DNA of 63,572 nucleotides, counting the filler, from Folioceros fuciformis (lineage: Eukaryota), in NCBI GenBank assembly GCA_049999805.1. It is 3 parts of 2 records of this genome, joined end to end, with 100 filler letters (N's around TTAATTAATTAA, not from the genome) between each part and the next. Parts side by side here need not be neighbours in the genome. Positions count along the whole stretch, not along the records: positions 1 to 30,926 come from JBNGIO010006236.1; positions 31,027 to 60,993 come from JBNGIO010006236.1; 1 more part is not named here. One strand, given 5' to 3'. The stretch's first letter is position 1. The number at the start of each line of letters is the position of its first letter. Positions 24,538 through 35,903 of the stretch are shown here, one piece after another. The position numbers and the translations under genes were made by a program. Under the pieces are notes generated by a model that saw only the letters and a program-made list of their open reading frames with translations, did not search any database and was not told the DNA's origin.

Positions 24538-25859
24538 TGGCTGCTAACGTTGGTGTACTTCATGTTGCTTGTCCGCTCACATCCATGAAGTACAAATCAT
24601 ATACGGTTCACCAATTCACCGATTGGATACATCAGGATTCACCAATTCACCAGCCACTAGATACATAGGGATAACTCTTCAGAGTAGGCTTAGGATTTAG
24701 TTGTATATTATTATACATATTTTATCACTGATAGTTGTAATTGCTCAAGCTAGTTGGTCACTCCATCCATCCCTGCTAGGAAATGGATACTTGGTAGCCA
24801 TTATGGCGGACAAGTGTGTCTACACAACCCTCCATGGTCACTACATGTACGTCCATGTTTCTTGCCCATGACCATAGCATGGTAAGTCATGCAACATCAA
24901 ACAAGTGGCCAAAAGTGTTCTCAACGCCCTTACATGTGCAAGTGTTCCCAATGCCCATGCCCTACACACAAACCAACAACATGACACATAAGCAACAAGA
25001 GACATAAACAACCCTTAGTTCTTATCAGTTTACATCAATGGTTCTTATCCGCACACGTTACTAATATTTCTTTAAGGTTACAAGTACAATGTAGGTAACA
25101 AACTTCATTGTGTGTGAACCCTCATCACTCCAATAGTGTTAGGTGTGAGTTTAGAGTGGCATATCCACTCCTTGTTTTGAAGTGGTCTTGTGTTGTTATT
25201 AGGAATAGGGATTTTAGTTAAAAATTGCAATAAGAGTTAGGATTAGGGTTTCTTTCATTAGAAATAGGGGTTTAGGGTTTGAGAATAATAACATGGATTT
25301 TAATTTTTGTAGTAACTTGAAAGAGTTACTAACCAACACCTATGATGGTGCAATTTTCTAAATTAGGGTTATTTAATCATATTAACTTAAAATAGGTTTA
25401 TTCTCAACAGACCATTCTAGGATGCCAAGGTAACAAAAACATGTGAAGGTGGGTCACATACCGTATTCTAGAGTGAAACACGGTTATTGGGTGGCTCACA
25501 CCCTTTTCTACAATGAAAAGACTTCATTATTGGGGCGAACCAATAGTGTAATCTCCTATCCTATGAAATTTTTATAAGAAGGATTCTAAGGGTTGAGAAA
25601 TTTTACCTCATCTTGCAATATTGACAATACATATGATTGCATGCTATGTCAAGTAAGAATTTAGAAGTATGCAAAATGTTTTATTACTTAACGAGGCATT
25701 AACATTTGTGAGGTTGGCTTGAGGTATTGGTGTTCTTACAGGCCTAAAGACTTTCGACAAAAGAAAGTGGGAGTGTTTCATGGTGCTTACTTTCGCTAAA
25801 AGAAGGTAAGAGTGTTTCATTGTGCTAATACAGCTAAGTGTGAGGTCGTTAGTGAAGAA

Positions 25860-26770
25860 CATGTGAAGCATGAATGCCAAGCAAATTTTAGGGTGAAGAA
25901 ACTTCTCCTATGGCCTATGATTGCTAAGATTAGTCTTTTTGAGCATAGGTACACTAACCTTTCAAATGCTATATGTCATGGGCTTGGTTATGAAGGCTTA
26001 CCCATAATGTTAGAGCAGCATAGCTTTCACGTGAAAAGAAGGATTAGATCAGGCATTGTTTATGTTGCAAAGTTCCTGTTAATAAAATAATGCGGCGACA
26101 TTAAGATGCATTATATACTCGAATCAAGAACAAGACAAAGGTATATGAGCTAATAAGAAATTATTATATACAAAGATATGATGCTCTAAGTACACTTACA
26201 CAAGTTGAAGTTGGTGAATGAAAGCTAGCCCCAAATGGTGCCATAAGAGATGATTATATACAAAGATATGACGTTCTAAGTACACTTACACAAGTTGAAG
26301 TTTGTGAATGAAAGCTAGCCTCAGATGGTGTCATATTAATGTCACTATTGTTAGAACAAAATGTGTCTATAGTCTTCTACCAATGAAGCGAGAATCAACC
26401 TTTTGCTTTGGGTATCCAAAATCCTTTTACATTAAATTGTATGTTGCTTAATGGGAATAATAATGTGCTAGCTATGGATGCAATTTTTAGTTGAACACGT
26501 ATCACTACTACTTATTTATAGTGATAGTTTTTTACAGTTATTTAAATGATTTTCCAGTAGCATGGACCATTACAAAAGATGGTACTATAGAGTCACTTGT
26601 CAATTAACTTTCAGCTCTATTCAAGATAGTTGAAAAGATCAACAAGGATTGGACACCTGTTTCATTTCTTGTTGATGATTGTCAGGCAGAGACTTTTGCT
26701 ATTCACACAATGTGGAATCATAATATACCTACATTACTGTGCTTTGTGGCATGTGCGGAAAGAGTAGAGA
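25860..26770 (+). mobile_element. Decayed Mutator-like (MULE/SWIM-type) transposase, with an internal ~90-bp tandem duplication (~26163-26335)
   Basis: Frameshifted peptides HECQANFRVKKLLLWPMIAKISLFEHRYTNLSNAICHG, FALGIQ...VLAMDA.F, PVAWTITK, SFLVDDCQAE..AI, LCLWHVRK match the MULE DDE core; in-frame stops; AT-rich context. Confidence 0.75.
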
Positions 26771-27756
26771 CATAATTCATTGAAAAAGTGCACTCACAAA
26801 GTAAGCACATGTCCTATGGAGAACAAAGGTTTCATCTACAAGCAGGAAGTGAAAGTTCAATAACTTCCAAGTATACATAAGGATGATGTATAAGCAACTA
26901 AGAAAAATGGGAGAACAAATTAAGTGAATGTTGTTGAAAGTAGTGATACCAAGAAACTTAGCTATGGCTTTATGGATATTAGATTAAAAAGCTCCACAAA
27001 TGTGATAATAGCCTACTAACTCCTTGGTAGCACCAATATCAAACAACATGGTTTGATATGACAAAAGAAAGACGGATGGATTTTATTAAAATAACATGTG
27101 CTGAAGTAATAATGTAATACCGCATATAAGCGTGCAACTTTCCGCAATTAATGGATGGGGAGGCGAATGGGGAGAAACCGCCTTCTCCCCCCTCCCGCTT
27201 TATGCTCCATCCACAATCCGGAGCGCCGCAATGCGATCCATCCAGCCTGTCGTGCGCCCTGATCTACCGCGCCTCAGGCCGCCACCAATTTTGCTAGCCG
27301 CGCAACCATCCAGCCCGCGATCAAGACTGCCAGCCACGCGCCCAAGCCGCGATTCAGATTGTCTGAGATCAGCCTGAAAATTCTGCCTAGATCTACAGTA
27401 ATCCAGACCAGAAATCGCGCACTAGTGAGCGCGATCTAGCCTACAATTCGGTTAGCCCAGTGCGCGCCCTGGTCGCAATCCAGCCTATCTACAATCAACA
27501 ATCCAGTCTGTAGATTTTTGTCGGAAATCCAGTGAGCCCGGTGTGCCACCATCCAGCCAAAAGATTTGTGCGGTGTTCCAGCCAGAAAAACGCCACTTGT
27601 TGCCACTTGAAAAATTCTGATTTCCAGGTGCGCGTGTTGCAGCCTGAAAATTCTGATGATTTTTCTTTTCTTTTTTTGTTGAAGTCAATTTCTGATAAAT
27701 TGCTGAAAATAGCTGATATTAATATTTAATTCCCAGTCTGTATAATACACCTAAAG

Positions 27757-28900
27757 ATGGCTGATGCTGCAGTTTACGCTGAGTGGAGGCTCCATGCCCT
27801 CCCCAGCTCCATGAAGGCCGGAAAATGGGTGCTAATAAAATTAAGCAAGCAGTTCGCATGGCCAGGAGAAAAATACTTGTCAGAAGAAAAGAGGAAAGGA
27901 AGCTGGCAAACCGTGCAAACATCGTGTGGTTCCGGGAGGCAGCAGCACCAATACCAGGTATTGACAAAGGTCCAGATGATCCTAACTTCAGTGCTGAATT
28001 TCTCGCAAGGTGCCGTCAACCTGTTGCGACGAGTGAAGACATAGCCGGTGAGGATGATGACGTCCTGGTGGTGCAAACGCTCATGAAAAAATCCGAGGTC
28101 GTTGTGAGAGAAGTCAAAGTGACTGGTAAGTCAATGAATTGCAAAATAAATTGTATAAAAATTTTGATTGCACAAAATGCTAATAAATGTGGATGTAGAT
28201 AATCCGATGAAGCCAGCACCGCCAACTAAGGCCGAATATGATGACTTCAAAATAAATGAAGATTCAAAAGAGTTAGAAGACTTTATAAAACAAGAAGAGA
28301 CCCCCCAGCAGGCTGTTTGTGATGGTAGCCCAAGCTGGTCACATCCTTGTGCAGATAACCAAATAGAGGATGTTATAGCGGCAACAACAGGAGAGCAAAG
28401 AAGTAAGTGGGAAAGATGATACCAAAAAACCAGGTAAACTAAACTAACATTTTTCTAATATTTGCCTCTATTTTGTAGATGTAGATAAAAATGTGGGCAC
28501 AAGTCATATGAGATTTGCCCTACCTCTATGACCTACTCAAGAGAGAGCAAGTGCAAAGAAGAAAATTCCTAGATCCTACCTGCCAGCTGGTAATTTATGT
28601 AAGGCAACCTACTTGGTTCTTCCTGGAGGAAAGGATGACCTTGAAGTTCCCATGGAGTATGTATGTGAAAAGAGAGGAATAAAAATGATGTGGTTGGGTG
28701 CTTCCCCATGTGAAGAATACGAAGGACACACCAAACACTTGTACAATAAGTAACCTAACGACTTAAGTACTATCTTTTCATCATTTTCACTTTACAACCC
28801 ATGGACTGTATTGTAGGATCCTTCTGGGCATTGGAGAGAGAGGATAAGGAGTACAGTGAAGACTACATAGAGTTAGGAGAGGAACTATCTATGCTAGATA
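27757..28900 (+). pseudogene. Frameshifted intron-containing orphan ORF, probably a transposon accessory gene
   Basis: Basic then acidic ORF pieces (27783-28202, 28168-28419) linked by GT-AG-like introns; lies between the MULE and Copia remnants; no recognisable domain. Confidence 0.35.
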
Positions 28901-28948
28901 AGATGTGTGGATTGTAGGAAATATAATTACACATGCTAGCTAGCTGAC

Positions 28949-30926
28949 TTAAACCTCTTGAACGCCTAACATTTTCATGTGTTTTAAATGCAAATCTCTC
29001 CCTAATGATTTAGTTAACAGATCAGCTGGGTTGTTTTGGGTTGGTATATAACTGATATTTATGGTCTTATCTTCCAATTTCTCTCTGATATAGTGATACT
29101 CAACAGCTATATGTTTGGTTCTGGAATGAAAAACAGGGTTTCTAGCAAGTGCTATTGCGCCCTGACTATCACTAAAAAGAGATGTTGGGTTATGCTGAGG
29201 GTGATTGAGTTCACTCAAAACTAGCCTAGACCATACTATATCCTTGGAAACAGATGTTAGTACTCTATATTCAGATTCAGTACTAGACAAGGCAATGGTA
29301 GGTTGTTTCTTACTCGACCATGATATTGGGGCTCCTCCAAGAAGTAAAACATAACCTGATACGGATTTTTGAGTATCAGGATCACCAGCATAATCAGCAT
29401 CGGCATATGCCGTAAGTGTTAATGTTTTGATTGCTGGTGTATGCTTAAATGTCAGCCCTGTATGCATAGTCCCTTTAAGATATCGAAAAATACGCTTAAC
29501 TGACATCTAATGTTGGTGTCCAAGGTTCTCCAAAAACTGTGAGCAGGAGCTGACTTCAAAAGAAATATCAGGTCTAGTGAAATTGCATAAATATATAAGA
29601 GTGCCAACAACATGTCGATATGGGACAGATGCCATTTCCATTTTCTCTTGAGCACTCTTAGGACTCATATCGGAGGAAAGCCTGATGCCACTAGGTGCAG
29701 GCTGTAGGTGGAGGCTTTGCATCTTCCATTCCAAACTTTGCTAAACTCTCCTTTATGTACTTGGTTTGAACTATGCTCCACTTTTTATTACTCTTGTCAC
29801 GGATAATATTTACTCCAAGTGCATAATTCATTTCTCCTAGGTTGGTCATCTCATATAATGTCCGAAGCCATGCTTTTATCTCAACTAGGAGAATGAGAGA
29901 GTTTGTTGCCATAAAAACGTCATCGACGTATAGTAAAAGGTAAAATATATCATTTCCCTTAAGGTAACTGTATAGGCAAGCATCACCTTTACTTTGCTTA
30001 AATCCCTTGTTCAAGAGTTGTACCTGGATAGTCAAGTTCCAATTTTTGCTGGATTGCTTGAGTCCATATATACCCTTAATAAGTTTACATACTAAATGCT
30101 CCTTGCCTTTTACCTCATAACCCTCAAGTTGCTTCATATGTATTTCTTCTTTCAAGCGCCCATACAAATATGTTGTTTTCACATCCATCATATGAAGTTC
30201 AAGATCATACTGGGCACATATATAGCGAAGATCATACGAAGAGTAGCGAACTTAGCTACAGGAGCATAAGTGGCCCAAGGTATGTAGTCTAGTCTAGGGA
30301 CTTGAGTAAAACCTCTAGCAACTAGACGTGCTTTATACCTTTCCACCGATCCATCTCCTTTTCTCTTTATCTTGAATACCCATTTGCTGGTTACTATTTT
30401 TCTACCCTTAGGAGGTTCAACTAATTTCCATGTAGAATTACTAATAAGGGAATTATACTCTGAGTCTACGGCCGCCTTCCATAGATGTTTGGAGGGAGAG
30501 GAGAAGGCTGGTTTTAGGGTAAGGGGCTCCTCTAAGTCTATAGTGGCTGCATACACAGCTTGATTATAAAGAGACTCAGGAGATTTAGAATCAGGAAAAA
30601 TAGCAAGATATCCCAAAGGAGGTTCTTTCCAACAAGCAAGGCCGGAGATGAGTGGACGTGATCTAAGGTTGTACCTTGGTGCAGGTGTATCTTCCACAAG
30701 AACTGGTTCATCTTCATGTTCTAAAGGGTCCATTTCTTCAACATCATCAGCTTCCAACTGATCATTGTCTTCTTGAACAGGAGGTACTGCATTTTTTGAA
30801 ATGGTCTCAAGGGGATCAGATGAATGTGAAAATTGCTCCTCCTCTGCCGGTGTGTCAGTGTCGGTTGTGGGTGTGTCAAGACGCAGTTTAGGTCCTAATT
30901 CCTCCTCCTGCATGACAGGTCTATCG
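28949..30926 (-). mobile_element. Ty1/Copia retrotransposon fragment (RT + RNase H), degenerate
   Basis: KWVFKIKR..ERYKARLVARGFTQ, MDVKT.YLYG, LLLYVDD, YADADYAGD, SWSSKKQ, HSRTKHI, NPADLLTK split across frameshifts and stops. Confidence 0.95.
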
Positions 30927-31026
30927 NNNNNNNNNNNNNNNNNNNNNNNNNNNNNNNNNNNNNNNNNNNNTTAATTAATTAANNNNNNNNNNNNNNNNNN
31001 NNNNNNNNNNNNNNNNNNNNNNNNNN
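30927..31026. other. Assembly gap with artificial TTAATTAATTAA six-frame-stop linker
   Basis: N44-TTAATTAATTAA-N44; identical linker at 60994-61093. Confidence 0.9.
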
Positions 31027-32634
31027 GGCCAAGCTCAGTGCCAGCGAGAAGGAGAAGACCAAGCTGCGGGAGCGCCAGCGGCGTGCCATCACCACCAAAA
31101 TCTTTGCCGGACTGCGCAAGTACGGAGGCTACAATCTGCCTCCCCGGGCGGACATCAACGATGTGCTCAAAGCGCTGGCGCATGAGGCCGGCTGGACTGT
31201 GGAACCCGACGGCACTACTTACCGCACTCAGGTTCCCGCACATCACTCCCGTGCTCTTGCCCTTGCCCTTCCCTCCTCGCCACCTGCCTTTTGCTCCCAA
31301 ACCTGCTTTGCTTGCGCAATTTCCTGCTCCTCAACGTTCCGTGTGTCTGCTCTGTGCCCAAATTTGGCACTCCGATGCTGGTTTGTCGCGCTGGTTTAAG
31401 GATTTTTCCCGTGTTGAATCGCGCTTGTTTTCGTGTTGCAATCCTGTGCCTGTCCGTTGTCTGCGGGAGGCAGAGCTGCCTGCTCTGTGCTCTGTGCTGT
31501 TTGGATGATTTTAGAGGCTTCATGCTAGTACGATCCGTTTCTTCCCGGCCACGGCACCGAGAGAGAGTGGCGCTGAGAGCTGGGAACCTTGCTCTGTCCT
31601 TTGTCTGCTGCTGTCGTTGTTGTAGCAGTCCGGATTTGCATGGGAGAGCTACAGTCCACGACACTGCGCTGTCGTTAGATGCTCGTACGTTGAACAGCTT
31701 TGACCGGCTCGGGGGGCCGTGGTTAGGCGCATCGACGGATTTGGATTATGTGATGGCGGAGGAGGAAGGGATGCATGGCGTGCGTTGGCGTTTTCTAATC
31801 TGTCGGACTGTATGCAGAGTGCGCGCCTGTTGATCGGGCTCATTCCGGTACCCACGGTGTTGTGTTGGGATCTGATGGAATTTTCCTTGCGTGCAGGGAG
31901 TGCAGCAACCTGCGAGCAGCCACAGCCATGGACACCTATCGATGCGGCAGCCTCTGGGCGTGGGTGTGGGTGTGGGAGTTCCTCCGGGCCGTGCTCTCGG
32001 GGTGGTGCCTCCTGGTGCGAACGCGCTGCCTGCTGGATTCAACTGCACGCTTGCAGGCATCATGGCGGCGGGAGGGGACCTGGCATCAGATTTCCGGGAA
32101 GGGAACTGCTCCACCACGGCCTCCCCGCGCCATGTGAGCAGCCTTCATTCCAACAGCTCGTCCATGACCTTGATGCACGCCAGCTCCAACCTGTCATCGC
32201 CATTCGCGTCCCCGGCTTCTAGTGAAGGTGGGGGACCGAGCATGCGGCTTCCCAATCCTTATGGAGGAGGTATCACCAGCGGGTATGCTGCTATGGCTCA
32301 GGCGGATGTGAGGGACAGGGATTCGCAGGGAATCAAAGACGAAGGGCCTCACGCCGGCTATTTCACGGCGGATACTCTGGAGCAGCGGGACTTCAATGCG
32401 CGGGAGATGGCGCTCCGGGATCTGTCGGGACGACAGAGCAGCATGATGAACAACCTCCTCTACAGCCAACACCTAGGTATGGGGGTGGGACACCCATCTC
32501 GCTATGGCCAGCCGAGAGCCATTCCCCCGTCCATGATGCTTCTGAGCTCACCGCTCCCATATCTGCAGGAGTCGAGAGCTTCCAATGACAACACTCCCAT
32601 CGGGTCCCCCCAGCCTCATGGGGGCAACGGCTGA
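31027..32634 (+). CDS. BES1/BZR1-family transcription factor with a BAM-type (type B) DNA-binding domain; 5' end lost in gap; exons 31027-31231 and 31897-32634
   Basis: [60 protein letters not shown] then a Ser/Pro-rich C-terminus (CSTTASPR). Confidence 0.88.
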
Positions 32635-33033
32635 GTGAGTGGGAGCAGTCAGTGGGACAGGTGGAGGTGAGGTTCGTGGATCGTGGATCCAGCCTCCAGG
32701 ATCCCCATGGATGTCGACGCTGGACGCAGGGCAAGGCTGAGTTTGGGAAATGTCATGGGGTGAGGACCTCGTGTCGAGGCGAGCAATATGTCCGTGCTGG
32801 CGACCAGTGATGTTTGAAATGCGGGAGGGGAGTATCCTGGACCCTGGATGGGGCAAAATAGTAGGGATGGGAAGGCGACCGGGAAGGCGAGCTTCTACAG
32901 TGATGCGCACATGGCGGTTGGAGGGAGCTTAGGGCACCGTGCGACGTTGTTCCCCAGGCCTAGGGTATCCCCGCGGTCAAGTCTCGGCATTGACAAGCTC
33001 TCTTCGAGGGACCCGATCCGACGCGACCCGACC

Positions 33034-33076
<43 letters not shown>
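33034..33076. repeat. (CGA)n microsatellite
   Basis: About 14 perfect CGA units. Confidence 0.95.
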
Positions 33077-33078
<2 letters not shown>

Positions 33079-33610
33079 CAATGGCAGAGTGTTGTAGGGG
33101 AAGACGAGACGGCATCCGCCTCCTTGTTCCCTCTCTGCACTTCTCAGTAGTGAGTCGCAGGCTAGGCAGGGCTTTCAGCATCGAAAGCGTCACAGGTTTG
33201 GAGCCGTAGGCTGGTTGATTCACAGCTGCATTCTGTACCTGGCCTCGGTTGGCGCTCTGTCTCTGCTGCCGTGTGCTGTACATTTGTGTGTCTGGACTGG
33301 GAACGGACGGACACCGGACATTTACTGGACTGGACTGCTGCCAAGCCGGGGACCGTGGCCACGGCCGCCGGAGCCCCGGCTCGGCGCGCCCTTTCATTTC
33401 TCACGGGCCTAGACTTAAGATCTAGCCTTTGTGTTTGAAGTCAATCTGGCCACTCTTTCTTTCCCTTTCCTCTCCTCTTCTCTGCTTTGCTCTCCTCTCC
33501 CGTTCCCGATCTATTGTCTCGTGTGTGGATGTGGTGTTGTGTTTTGTTGATGCGCGTGCTGATTTCTGCTGTGAGACTGAGTTGCACACATATTAGCTTT
33601 AGGTGGACAC

Positions 33611-33661
33611 GTTGCGAGGTTGCGAGGTTGCGAGGTTGCGAGGTTGCGAGGTTGCGAGGTT
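33611..33661. repeat. (GTTGCGAG)n 8-mer tandem repeat
   Basis: About 6 perfect units. Confidence 0.9.
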
Positions 33662-34375
33662 GGAGAGTGGAGGGGGATTATGAACGTTTGGAGTGGCAGA
33701 GGAACATGTCCGGGCGCAGGACAGTGCATACGTCCCGTCAGGGAACGCGTCCATGGCTGACTGTCTATCATGGCTCTGATGATGGCGGGTAGAGAGGTGG
33801 CAGCCGCAGTGGGAGTGGCAGTGGGTGAAAGGCCTCTTTTGCAGGTCCGGACCGCGGGCTGGACTGGGACGGGCCTGTCCACTGCGCTCTGCTCTGTGCG
33901 CTCTGGCTCTGCGCACTGGGCACTGGGCACTGGTGTCTACTGGGTACTGTGCAGCGGGCAGTGGGCAGCGGGCAGTGGCCTGGGCTGGACTGGGCTAGGC
34001 TGGGCTGGCCTGCGCTGCCCGTAACATGTCAGAGGCCTGAAAGTGGCTCCTGCGCTCATCATGGCATGGGGCTCCGCATGCCATGATTGGCCTTTCCTTG
34101 GATAAAATTTCCATCATGTGCTGGCTGGCTGTGCGCTCTGCTGCTGGCTGCTGGCTGCTGTCTGCACTCCGCACCCCATGTACGTTACAAGAAAAGAACA
34201 AGTCTATAATAGTCCACTGAGACGGAATTTTTCTGTCATGGGACTTGGTACTTGACCATTTGTATGTATGTACGTGTACCATGGAGTGCCTAACTTACAA
34301 CTTCTCAATTGGACACCTAAGTTGTCAATTTAATTTGTATAATTATAAAATGTTTTCTCATCTCATGGTTACGAA

Positions 34376-34447
34376 GCGGCTGTAGCTTACTAGTGACAAC
34401 TCCACGTTGTGGCCGTCGAGATTTGGGCTCGAATCCCAGCAGCCACA
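34376..34447 (+). pseudogene. tRNA-His(GUG) pseudogene or tRNA-derived SINE head
   Basis: gcggctgtagcttactagtgacaactccacgttGTGgccgtcgagatttgggctcgaatcccagcagccaca is colinear with plant cytosolic tRNA-His, but has mismatches in the acceptor, D and anticodon stems and has lost the D-loop GG. Confidence 0.8.
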
Positions 34448-35903
34448 GACAGATATCAAGCAAGCACAGAGGAAGCCCCTTTTAAGAGGCGCGAATTAGG
34501 CTTGTAAGAAAGAAACCCTGTGCAGGGACCTTCCTCGCAAACATAGAGAAAGTTCCTTTTCCGGGGCGCTTGTAAGAATTAGGCTTGTAAGAAAGAAAGA
34601 AACCCTGTGCAGGGACCCTCTTCCTCTCGTGTTTTCCTGTCAGGAGCTTCTTTCTTCCTGCTGTCCCGGAGTGACAAGAGTGTAGAGTACGTACGGAGGA
34701 GAAAGTGCTTATGCTTGTTGTGGCATGCCATGCGGGGGATAAAGTGGGCCATTTAAGAAGGTCCTAATGATAAATCCATAATGTTGTAATGGACAGGATC
34801 AAGGCGGCGATCCTGGCGTTTTCTTTTGGTAGCCCTGGAAAACGGTCTGACTGCCATGGACTGTCGTTCCGTGGGGAATGCCGGGAATCCTGTTGAGCAG
34901 GAACGGGGACGGGGACGGGGACGGGGACGGGGACTGGAACGGAGTGAGAGTCGGAGCCAGCCTCTCATCAGCTCTGGCCCGTTCTCTCGCGCGCGGGCAC
35001 TGCACTGCACTGCGCTGCAGATGGCAGATGGCAGCGGTTGACAGTTGGCCTCCAGCACACAAGTTTGACTGGGCGGACCCGATTGACCGCCCTTGACTCT
35101 CATGAGCTCTCGTCCCACGGAACTGTGCCCTGGGGCCAGGGGGGCGTCTCCTCCAAACACCTCCCGCTGTTTGTAAGCCCAAGAAATGCACCTTACAATG
35201 CTTATTATTGCCGTTGCACTGTTTGCAGTGTCTGTGCGCAGATGTGGCAAACTTGTCACGGATTTTCAAGAGTACGTGTCGTCATTACATCTCCCAAGCC
35301 GCTCAAGTCTCAAATCTTCTGAGCTCCTCGCCTGGCCTGGCCTGCCCTGGCTCTGCCTGCCCTGCAATCCATGATTCGGGACATGCAATCCTCCTCCTGC
35401 CTCTTCCCTCTCCCTCTCCCCCTCCCTCTTCCTCTCNNNNNNNNNNNNNNNNNNNNNNNNNNNNNNNNNNNNNNNNNNNNNNNNNNNNNNNNNNNNNNNN
35501 NNNNNNNNNNNNNNNNNNNNNNNNNNNNNNNNNNNNCCCCCATTCCCCGCTCCCTATCGGCTCGCTTTCACATTGCAACGGTCCTTCCCGCATCCCTCGG
35601 CTCAACTTTCTATTTTTACTTCCCTCTCAGTCTGTCATACAACCTCCATCTGCCTACTGGGTTGCATTGCGTACAGATTTCAACAATGACATACGTCAGG
35701 ATAACTGTAGCCGCTTCGGCATTGCTGCCGCAAAATGACGTCCTCTACCTAGGTTATGACAAAGCTGCAGACATCACGCCCGCGTGAGACCCGTGACGGC
35801 CGCGCTGTCTCCGACACTGGCCCGTGACTGGGCTGGACCACGGGTAGGGTAGCAGATACCACTTCGGCTCCGACGACAGGATGGATATCCGGGACCGGAC
35901 CCC

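Noticed and set aside
25240-25285. TTTAGGG-like telomere motifs
   Set aside because: Only a few degenerate units inside a TE-rich region; not a telomere array
32848-33397. Poly-Arg and poly-Val ORFs; also poly-WL/GS/SQ ORFs at 42988-43275
   Set aside because: Translations of microsatellites
34376-34447. Functional tRNA-His gene
   Set aside because: Mismatches in three stems and loss of the invariant D-loop GG
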